In this document: positions 23,530-34,300 of the stretch, piece after piece
How positions within the stretch are numbered: the stretch's first letter is position 1
Layout: the number at the start of each line of letters is the position of its first letter
Assembly: GCA_002269645.1 (NCBI GenBank)
Contig: NIVC01000305.1
Span: forward strand, 434,001 to 498,000
Origin: Macrostomum lignano
Lineage: Eukaryota
Direction of reading: 5' to 3'
Length of the DNA: 64,000 bases
Program-made: the position numbers and the translations under genes
Notes under the pieces: generated by a model
The model's database searches: none
What the model was told of the DNA's origin: nothing
What the model saw: the letters and a program-made list of their open reading frames with translations, nothing else

Positions 23530-26500
23530 TTTTTATTTAACAAAAGCTTTTACCAGTGAACAGGTTCAAGTAAACAAGAAGGTTCAGTGCAGAGAGGGTT
23601 GGCTGCATCGATTTTCTGGATTGCAAAGAATACAATTTGGAATGCTTGAAGCTACGCGTCAGTTGACTAAGTTAAGTTAAGCTAAGTTAGACAATGGGAG
23701 CAGTGCACGCGTTTTACTAAGGCTATAATTTTAACTAGAATTTAATTCTTCTTAAACAGTACACACATCTTTTCTGGGAAACTGTCATCACGTTAGCTTG
23801 AAAAACAAAAAATTACTCTTTAAGAGCCCATTGTTGAGCCAACTTTTACATGCCTCTACCATACTACATCGCTATCTCCCTCTTTTCATCCCATCACGCA
23901 CCGGGAGCTTAAGCCCAATTAATTACTTCTTGTTTGCCACATTTCAATAGCAGGAAAATCCGTTGTCATAGACGCTAGCACTAGCTCTTCATTGGACAGC
24001 AAGTGATATCTATAATTCATAGGGCCGAGCTCACTTCTCAACAGTGAATTGGAGGGAGAATGATTTCGCATTTCTTCTGAGGCAGCGCGATGCAGATGAG
24101 AACTAAAAATTGCAACCCGTTTTTGCAAATTTACGGCAAACACACAAGCCATAAACACAGTCATATGAGTGATGTCGTGCGACTTACATCATGACAGCCG
24201 ACACCCAAGTCACAGAGAGTGTACATGCCTGCCGATTAGAGAAAGTCAAATTGGCGCTGTACACCTTGTGGCGAGCGTGTGTGTGACTGCGTACAGTATT
24301 GGTGCTCTTCTTAGTTAGCACTGGTTGTGACATGATGTCACTGAAGGCCTTCGGTCCTGGATGCCCATAATCCACTTGCAACTATTTATAGGTCATTTAA
24401 GCAGTTTTAAAAAAGCGTTTCACATGCCGCAAATTCCAAAGATAAAGACCAGTCTCACTGCGATTGAAAACTTTTATTGAGAAGTCACCTCTTACCAATC
24501 GAAGGACAGAAAGGACGTAGTACATTTAGAGTCTAACTTAAAGGCTAAGACCTTTGCTCTAACTAAAGAAAAAGCAAAACAATTTTTTTTTGTATCGCAC
24601 GGCTTGTACAAGCATTTTTTTCACTTCTAAGTATGAACTTATAATTAATTTGATGACAGAATAAACAAGCCGCAACGGCACAAGATTTCCTACCAAAAAA
24701 GGTTACAAAAGGCAAAACAGCGTGTTAAAACGTAGGAACAGAATAGAGAACGTTGAGAATTTTTGTTTCAATGTTTACGAGCTCGTACTACTACGATCAA
24801 TGAGTCAGCAGCTGCAACTATTCAAAATTCATTGCACGAAGGGCCGAACGAGGAACACGCAGAAGATGGCGACGGTGGCCACGCAGCCTATGATGGCCAT
24901 CAGCCGCTCCACAGCGACCGCTGCAACCTGCCAGTCCGAGCGCCTTGGCTGTCCAGAGGTCTCTCCAAGGCTCTCATCTTCGTCGCCCACCTTGCTCACA
25001 ACAGAGTCGTCGGCGTCTCTCTCCGGCGCCGTCCTGCCGCCGCCTCGCCTCTCACCGCACAGCATCGCGCGGCCCAGGCAGCTCACGAACACGACCCGGA
25101 GACACGACGGCATCGGCTGAGACTCCGCAGCGAAGTGGAACCGAATCGACACCGACGTCAGCAGCAGAGACGACGTCGACAGCACCATGGCCGCCGTGAT
25201 GAACGACGCCACGGCCGGCATCGACTGCGACTTGGGCAGCAGGCCGTCCAGCAGCAGCAGGAACACCGTGTAGCTCAGCATGATGGTGATGCCGAAGCCC
25301 AGCTTCTCTCCGGACTCGACGGGCACGAAGAAGACGAGCACCTGGAGCAGCGTAAGCAGCAGCAGGGGAGTCACCACGTTGAGCATGTAGTAGGTGGACT
25401 CGCGCTCGATCTCCAGTCGTACCACGTAGGTCGGCAGCGGAATTTTCGGTAGTCGTTTAAAAATTTTATAATAGCGGAAGTGCACAAAGGTGCTCACATT
25501 TAGTAATCGCCATTCGCTATTTTCGACATAAGTAAAAAGCTCATTGTATTGCAGACCCTGTGCGAGCATGTCGCCTGTATGTGGCATGACCAGCTTATTG
25601 CCGCGGCCCATGTCGTACATGTAGAGCTCCATATCGCAGGTGTGCCGATCGAACGGGAACTGCCTCATGTCGAACTCGCAGGAGAACTCAAAGTTTCGTT
25701 TCCAGTTAGTGCTTACTATGGTGGAATTCGGTGACACGGAAGTCAGGAATACGGGAAGCTGGGGCTTCATCAGCTGATTGTCGCCGATGCCGTTGTACAG
25801 GAATATGATGGGGAACCAGATCAGACTGCTGTCCCAGTCCACGACCGACACTCCTCCGAACTTGGAGGGGTCCCACACCAGGCGCTGCTCCTCCCAGGTG
25901 GCATATAACAATCCGGAAATCTTGAAGCTCTGGCTGGCGCTGTCAACATACACAATTTGATTAACTATGGCGGCTACAGAGACGTTCACAACTTCTGTGT
26001 GGTTGAGTCTCGGCCAGACCATCGGGTGATAGTCGGTGATGTTGTTCTTCAAATACTTCATGAGCTCGATTTGTGGATCAGATGCGTTGCACAGTGGCAG
26101 AGCTGCAACGAGAGCCACTGCTGGCAGAAGCAGCAGGTCCACTCTTGGATGAAGCATTGCCAACTCAAAATAAGAAAGTGTTTGCCGAAACTCAGCCTTT
26201 CTCTGGATGAACGTCAGTCGATACGCTTTTTCAGTTTGCCTCCAATTTAACGAGCCAACAGGAAAAAATAATTTTTCAACTACCCACTTTGCAGTTGCCA
26301 GACTTCTTTCCGCTAATTGGCTAGGCTCCTACTAGATACCAAATAAAAAAAGGGATGTGGCACAAAAATGATTGACACTTTGACACAAAATTTCACTTTT
26401 GACAAAAATTTTAGCAATTCGTCAAACTTCTCAAGATCTGCTTAGCAACTCTGGGAACAATTATATTTTCGAATTCGGCAAGAATTCTGGCATATTATGT

Positions 26501-26640
26501 AGAATTGACTCGTTGTATCTTCTGTTAGTTAAAATAATATTCTCAGTAAGCGATGCCTTACTTATAGTAGGGAAAATCGTATTTTTAGTAGCAAAATTTA
26601 CTCTAGGCGAGTAACCTACGTTTTCTAACTGTCTTATCTG
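23530..26640. repeat. Second copy of a tandem segmental duplication (paralog of about 8840-13200)
   Basis: Shared non-coding blocks, e.g. GAGAGGGTTGGCTGCAT, AAGAGCCCATTG, GGAAAATCCGTTGTCAT and CACTTCTCAACAGTGAATTGGAGGGAG at 8.9-9.3 kb and 23.6-24.1 kb; also the 3' and 5' flanks of genes C and D. Confidence 0.85.
24829..26157 (-). CDS. Cys-loop nAChR-like subunit (gene D), single coding exon, about 442 aa; recent paralog of gene C
   Basis: ATG at 26157; CEFDMRQFPFDRHTC; GEK M2; four TM segments; intact ORF. Confidence 0.95.
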   Translation of the reverse strand: MLHPRVDLLLLPAVALVAALPLCNASDPQIELMKYLKNNITDYHPMVWPRLNHTEVVNVSVAAIVNQIVYVDSASQSFKISGLLYATWEEQRLVWDPSKFGGVSVVDWDSSLIWFPIIFLYNGIGDNQLMKPQLPVFLTSVSPNSTIVSTNWKRNFEFSCEFDMRQFPFDRHTCDMELYMYDMGRGNKLVMPHTGDMLAQGLQYNELFTYVENSEWRLLNVSTFVHFRYYKIFKRLPKIPLPTYVVRLEIERESTYYMLNVVTPLLLLTLLQVLVFFVPVESGEKLGFGITIMLSYTVFLLLLDGLLPKSQSMPAVASFITAAMVLSTSSLLLTSVSIRFHFAAESQPMPSCLRVVFVSCLGRAMLCGERRGGGRTAPERDADDSVVSKVGDEDESLGETSGQPRRSDWQVAAVAVERLMAIIGCVATVAIFCVFLVRPFVQ

Positions 26641-27269
26641 ACACTTAATCAAACTTTAATCGAGTTTTCAAGCTAGAATTCGTCGTACAAAAAAGCATGA
26701 AAAAATCGGAAGTGCCATATTCGACAGATATCGCACGAGAGTCAGAGGTGTTAAAAAACTTCAATATTCTCAGGAAGGCTGTTGTGGGCACCATGTGGTA
26801 AAGCCTTCAGCAACACGGTCCCACAACCAGCCCATTCCACTGACAACAGAATTATGAATTGACCCATTAGTCGTGGCGTGAAAGACAGACTTATCTCATT
26901 TATAATAAATCTGTGCGTTTTGTATGTAATTCTTAGTGTTCAGCACCGAATGTACGTAGCTTAGCTCGTATATGATACACAATGTCTAATATTATGAATT
27001 TCTTATAGCATAGGAAAGTTGAATTTTCATGTAAAATATGATTTTTGTTTAACCAAAAGACAAAGTCTGGTTAACACATTCTGACTACGCGGATATTGTG
27101 AAAGGAAGAGTCACCAAATATACGATGATTCGAAAAAAGTAAGTCTCAGGAACGTGGTATAAAGTAAGTATATTTGTGCTGTATCACTTTTTATTTGCAT
27201 TTTAAAGACAACAATAAACAAACAACAAAATACGCGAACCCGCATGCAAAGTCACAGTTAGAGCAGGGC

Positions 27270-27545
27270 GCGTCAAATGGCGCGCCGCAGAGCCTGGGAA
27301 CGAACGAAATCCGCTCCTTGGCAGTGTCGGGCGCCCCAGCGTCGCACAGCAGGCAGTCCACGTATCGACGGGTTCGGGCCTGACCCCGCCTGAACAGGGT
27401 GAGCAACAGGACGTCCTGAACAGGTAGGGGGCAGTAGCCCTCGGCCCGGATCACGTGGCCTGCCATTTGAAGTCGCCGCCGGCGCAGGATGATGAACGGG
27501 CGCTGCAGCTTGGCCCGATCGTACAGGGCCTCAGTCCTGACGCTC
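27270..27545 (-). mobile_element. 5'-truncated LINE (RTE-like) 3' end
   Basis: LRRRRLQMAGHVIR...RRGQARTRRYVDCLLCDAGAPD, resembling the C-terminal RRLxWAGHxxR motif of RTE-type ORFs. Confidence 0.65.
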
Positions 27546-28332
27546 TCGCCAGCTCAAAAGGCCGCACGGAGCAGCCATGAGCGCGCCGAGTATTGTTGTT
27601 GCAGTAGCTGGAACTGGAGTGGCTTTACTGCAGAGCAGAGCAACTGACAGGACATTAAAAGCACCATTAAGTTCTTCAGAGTGCCATTTAAGTAGGAAGC
27701 CCGAAGAAAAACGTTTGGAGTAAGGGAATAAAATTGTTGAATCGCAAGCGATTAGCGACGTCGGACTCCATGTCATGCCTGACGATTAGATAGTCAAAGG
27801 GCCGCTGTGCAACCCTGTGTGAGCGCTTGTATGAGTGCGTGTCTGTGTACATACATACTGTGTATTGAATCCGTGATTTTTTATAATTGTCCGCTTTGTA
27901 TCTGTGGAAACAATTTTTTGCGGAGGCAAAATCTCGAATCCCTTTAAACGCAATCAATTGGCTGATGAGTACGCGTACGCATGCAATAAGCTGAGGTGCC
28001 GCTTCTTCTCATTGGGCGAGTGGTTCGCGATTTGCAGACAGCTGGGCTTGCACAGTGACCGGGCGATGGCGCAGGGAGAGGAAGGCGTATCCAAGACGGG
28101 AAGGGAGGTAAAACGGTCTCTGACTGGGAGAGACAGGTGCACAGGAAAATATTTTAGTAGCTAGGTGGGTGAGAGGAGAATTAAATAACAGGACGGCTTC
28201 GGCGGAGCTTCTGATCTCTTCATAGCCATTACAGGAAGCCCATTTGATTTCTAACCCAGCTGACGCTCCAGCATCCGTCCGTACAAGCACGCCGCAACTT
28301 CCACATCAAAGCCAAACAGCACAGATCCTGCA

Positions 28333-31300
28333 ATGTCTGCAGGCAAAGCCGAATTTAGCTCGTCTGGCAGAAGCAATGGAATCACAACTGCAAGTGCTAC
28401 AGTTGGTAGGCACATCGCTAGGACCACCCGGGTTGGTCCCGAGCCTGCGGCGAGTCTTAGCAACCAGCATCAGTGGGAGGAGCAGACAGTTGTGAGTTCG
28501 ATCTGATGGTTCAAAGTTGTTTCATTTTAATCGAAATGAGAAGCATCCATTTTACACAGCGTTAAAATTTTGAAGAATTTCGTGCACGAGATTCAAATGA
28601 TCAGAATGACCCTATAATCGAACCAGCTGGGATTGATTGAAAACCTCATAAACACCTACTTTTACAGAGCAGAGCTGAGGAATTTCAGCTAAGACTTTCA
28701 AATTTGCCTCATCAAAACATTATCGATTTGTTTAAATGCGGCGTTCGAACTTCTGGCTCCCGACCGTGTCTTGGCTGGCGCAAAGACGTTCGGTCACCGT
28801 TCATCTGGCTGAGCTATCAAGAGGTGAGAGAAGAGTGGGTGCTGTGAATTGTGCTATTTTTCGTTTTAATAAAAAAAAATTGACCTTCATAAAAGCTTCA
28901 GGAAACGCTGTAAAAGCCTGAGCGAACTCAACCTGTGGGTGGCATGTTTAGCAAATCAAACAGGTGAATTTATCGTGCACAAAAAGGACTGCGCAGCCGC
29001 TTTGAATTTTGAGCATGCTGAGCTTCCAGGAGAGTCAGTCGTTTGCGAATATTCTCAATAGAAATTAGTTCTAAGATTAGGTTTCTATGGCTATGGCTAG
29101 TCGCATTAGAAAATTTCCTGCTCAACATTGCACGCAACGGCTGCATGCAACTTGAGTAGCCAGGTATAGTTAGACAATCATCTGATCAACGGCTTGCCCA
29201 GGTGCCATGAAGCTAAAGGATATTTAATCCAAGACTAAAGATTGTTGATGAATTCAAAGCTGCAAAGCTCTGAGCATAAGATCAAAGGCTCACTCAATTC
29301 AGTACAAAGTAGCTTAGTTTATAAATCTCGCAGAATCTACAAAAGCGCTGTTGACCAGATTTACGCAAATGGTGGATATTCAGCATGGCTACATTTGGAT
29401 AAAGCTGTTTCAAAGCATTACTTGCATGTTTAAAGCGCTTCAAGCTAGAATTCCTATTTCAGCTCATCGCTTCTCGTCCGCCTCATAAACCTTCTGGGCG
29501 CAGTTTCATAGCCTCAAACTAACAAATTCAAATAGAGGTGAAAATCATCCGTCAGTTTAACAAATTAAATTAAATTAAATTAATTAATATAAAAGCAGCA
29601 ACGCTTCAAGACTCCTGAACTCCTGTCATGCTTTTCTGCGGCAATTCGTGAAAAATATTTACAGCCGAATGCCTGCATGCGGACACGAGTCCAAGGCCAA
29701 GTGAGTGAGCAGGTGCGAATAGATGTACTTATATAGCCAAAAATATGGGCAAATCAGTCATAATGCTAATCTAAGAGAAACAGCACAAGGTCTGTAGGAA
29801 ATACCGTTGGGCTTTCAAATATGAGACCAAGCGGCTGAAAACAATTTAAATATTTAATATCCTCGAATTTAACCACAATAATTAATAAATGAAAACGCTT
29901 GCTAATTCAGCATTGCTTTCGAAATGATATTGTGATATAAACTGAAGTTGCTATTCCGCTAGGAGTGCCAAATATTAAATTTTGTTAACGCGTTGTGATT
30001 GCATTTATCATTGTCGGCAAGATTTGTTTATTTGGAAAGTTAAATAGTTTGTTATAAGTTTATGTACATAAATATTAAAAGATAAATATTTATGTACATA
30101 TAAATAGATAACAAATATAAACTATTTATTATCGACTAGCTAATTATTTAAAAATCTATTAAGGATAATGTATTCGATATTATTCCAAATAAACAAATGG
30201 CCCCAACGATGACTAATGCAGTGCAGTCGACTTGTATCGGAATATTATCATTACTATTTCTATTGCTTCATTGTTCCCTGGAGTATTCGATGTTGCGACA
30301 AGTCTCAATTTTGCTGCAATCAAAGGTTACAGCTGATCGCAGAGATGAGGCCACTCCCATCTAAATTTTCCCCAGGTGCTGACCCAGTCGCACAGCCTCG
30401 GGTCTTACCTGTGCGGCGGTCGGGTGCGCCTGACCTCTGGCGACCGAGTGGCCATCCTGTCCAACCGCGGCAGGCCAGAGTGGTCCATCGCGGAGCTCGG
30501 CTGCTGCTTCTTCAGCCTCGTTCCCGTGGCCATCGACGATGTCAGCCAGGCCAACCAGTCAGACGACTCCGGCCAGCAGAATCTCTCAGAGCTGCACCGA
30601 GCCCTGCTGGCTGTTGGCGGCGTTGCGTCGTTCTGCTGCTGTGCGACACCCAGTCCGAGGTGCAGCTGAGGCGGCTGGCCGCCATCAAAGCACCGCTGCT
30701 TCGCCAACACCTCCGATGCGTCATCGTGGCCGCGGACGACGACGAAGTGCTCAGCAATGGTGAGCGTCGAGGAAGCTTGGGCGAGGCGGGCGGAGTTGCC
30801 GACGATGTTGAGATCGATGGTCTGCCCGTGGTCACCTGGCAGACGGCGCTGCGACACGGCCGAAGGGAGCCGCTCACGCCGGAATTACCGGGTCGGGATG
30901 ACACTGCTGTCATCTGCTTCACCGGGGGCACCTGCGGTGAGTGGCGCTTGAGTTTTGACCGCCGAGATTGAGTCGTGACTTCACTTTCGTGACTTCACTG
31001 ACTCTCCTACGTGACTTCACTGACTGTGACTTCTGACTCTCCTAACGTGACTTCACTGACTCTCCTAACGTGACTTCACTGACTCTCCTAACGTGACTTC
31101 ACTGACTCTGTGACTTCACTGACTCGTGACTTCACTGATTAAACTTCAACACTGCTTCACTGGTGACTTCACTGACGCCTTCGAGTAACGTGACTTCACT
31201 TTTTGGACTGATAGTACGGCTAGTGACTACTATTTTGACTTCATCGTGACTTTGACTACATCCTTGACATGATTCCATGGCGTTGTGAAGAAGCCTTAAA

Positions 31301-34300
31301 GTTAAAAATTAAGTAATTTGACCTTTCGGTTGTTTTAAAATTCTATACATATACTAGAGAATTGGGTAACAGAAATGGACAAGACACTTCTTTACCTCAG
31401 TTGATTACTTTTCTTCTTCCTCACACAGTATTTTAGTTCAAGAGAAACCTTCAACATTGAACCGAAAGTTTTTACGGATGCTACCATATCCTTAAGTTCA
31501 CCAGGGCTTTTGACTAAAGACGGAAAGGCACTTATGAAAGCGTTCGGAAGAACGCATTAGACTTAGGCGCATTAGAAGGTAAAATTCACAGCTGCTCGAC
31601 TCATGCAGCGGCAGGAGTGAAACTGATCACCAGAAAGGTCACCCAAGTAACCGCAAAGGCCAGAGTTCTAATTGGCTAACTCACCCCTCTGCACTTCCTG
31701 ACTACGATGGACAAAGGATACCTTAGGAAATTGTTTATTGAATAATTCGATTTCAGAGACTAATTTAGCTTTGCCTGCTCAGGGGGCGCCACTCAGTAGT
31801 AACACACCTGCAGTCTTTTCAGCAGCGAGGTGTGAGACAGCAAAAGGTCAAACTCGCATTATACAGCTCTGCTCTGGCCAAGTCAGCTTGGTCTGCAATC
31901 GCATGTAAATCTGTTGCGCTTTTTCGCTTCTGGGCTGTGCGAAATGCAGCAGATTATAGAATTAATGCTTTCCAGGCCATGGGTTAATTTTACCGCATGC
32001 CCCCAAAGAGGGTCCGGGGTGCTAGTCTGCATATACTAATAATTTAGCATACTTTAATTTATAATTTAGGCTACGGGTTGTAGCCTAGTGCAGGTTAGAG
32101 CGTCGGACTCACGACTGAAAGGTCGGAGGTTCGATTCTCGACCCATTAGAAACAATTTGTGTCCTTGAGCAAGACAATTAACTCTGCATTGCTTCAGTTC
32201 ACCCAGCTGTAAAATGGGTGCCAGCATTAGCTGGGGTAATTGAGGGTGTGTGTGGCGACCCCCCCCCCCCAGTCCTTGGACTGAACAGCCGTACGCAGCC
32301 TTCAGATGCGCCGCGCAATAGCTGCGGCTGAGCTGCCGGTTGCACATCTGCCTATTCGAACAGGTGCAATCTATTAGCCTACTGAAAGCTATGCTCGAAT
32401 GTCCAGATTAATTCTAAAATATCTGGAGTCTCTTAATGTTTGCAAAGGGATGAATTTTCTAATTACTGTGATGTGGCACATTGTGAAGCTGGAGATTTTC
32501 CTTTCTGAGCATCCGTTTAGTAATCCAAATAATTTCCATAAGAGCAGATTCCATATTTCCCCATTTGTCTAACAATCCATGCCAACCTCAAAGCGCCTAT
32601 ATTTGATCCCGAGTACATTATTTTCCTTTTCAATTAATCGACGCGGTTATCTCTTCCTCCGCAGGTGCTCAAAGGGCGGTGCGCCTGACTCATGGCAACC
32701 TCATCGCTCAGTGGATGGCCATGTGCGACTTCCTCTCGGCTGGCAGGGGAAATGTGAGTCCTCTCTCTTTTTACAGCTTCTCTTTCTCTCTAGCTAGCTA
32801 CCGGTCTCCCAGGTAGGAGATTGGATTTGCTTTTTTCTTGATTAAAAAGCCTACAGGTATTATTAATTGCATTTCCTTGCAAAAGCAAAGGCCTGTCATT
32901 TTTATTTAATAGATTTGCAGGAAAGTGTTACCCAGCGATCAGCTATAAAAAGCAGCCATAAATACCTGCTCTGTAAACTCTTCATTTTTGAATAATCGGG
33001 AAATTATGATAGATTGCTGCTACAAATTGCAATAAAGATGTTTGACAGGTGTTTCACAAAGTATCCTGATACAAACTGGCAGGTGGCATTGCCTCAGAAA
33101 TATGTGGGCGGCAGTGTGCTTGTGCCAGAAGGAAAATTGTCTGAAAATGAAGACGCGGCAACAGGAAAATGTCAAAACAGATCTGCATCAAAATTCAAAG
33201 GTTTCAAAGGAATTAGCAGATTTCCACATAGCTTTATATTCAAATGTAAATAAATAGATAAAACGGTCAGGAATGCACACTCTGTGCCTCGGGGGTTGGG
33301 GGGTTATTATGACTCATCACTAATTGCCACCGAACTCCCTGACCCAACCCCGCCAGTGCTCGCTGCTCCCATCCAGCGAGGACGCCCACCTGAGCCACCT
33401 GCCGCTGTCTCAAGCATTCGAACGCAGCCACCAGCTGCTCTGCTTCTCCCAAGGCGTTCGCGTCGCGTTCTGCCACAGCGCGGCCGGGGACACCGACGCG
33501 CAGGTGCAGTCGCTGCTGCAGGACATGCGCGAATTGCGGCCAACGCTGCTTTTTACAAGACCAGCCGTGCTCAACGGTTTCCAGAGCTGGTCGGCCGAGA
33601 CAGCCCGATCCAGAGGCTGTTTGAGAGGCCTAGTCTACAATATCGCTTTGGGCAGACAGCTGGCTCGAGAAAGTCGAGAGCGTCAGCCGAACGAAATGCA
33701 CGGGTCATGCGACGCCGGCTTCTGGGACCGGTTCGTCTTTGGCGAGCTGCGAGCGGCCACGGGCGACCGGCTGCGGCTGGCCTTGGTGGTTGCCGACCCG
33801 TTGCCAAGCGGGCTGAGGCTGTTCTCCGAGGCGGCCCTGGCCTGCCCAGTGCTTCCGGTCTACGGGCTGGCGGAAACGTCCGGGCCGTGTCTGGTGGACG
33901 GCCGACCCTTGGGTCATCTGGCTGTCCGACTGACTGTGGCGTCCAGTTCACGGACAGACAATGAAGCTGAAGACGTCAGTGAGTCGCCCCAGGAGCTCTG
34001 GCTGAGCGGACCGTCGGTAGCCACTGTCACGAGTGTCGCCGCAAACGCCGACCAAGGAGCAGCCGAGACAGTTGATCTTCAATTCGATGAAGTGTGCGAC
34101 TTCAACGCTGACGAGCAGGACAGGTGGCTGGACACCGGCGACGTTGCGGACTGGCTGTCGGACGGCCGACTGGCCATAGTGGACCGGAGGAGGCACATGT
34201 TCCGTCTGGCCAGCGGGGAGTGGATCTCGCCTGAAAAATTGGAACAGGTGAGTTTGTTGTGCTGTTGCAAAAGTTGGTAAGAATTTTGATTGTACATGTA

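Noticed and set aside
32075-32150. tRNA gene
   Set aside because: A and B boxes are present but there is no clean cloverleaf, and the sequence continues into a SINE body shared with the copy at 37.5 kb.
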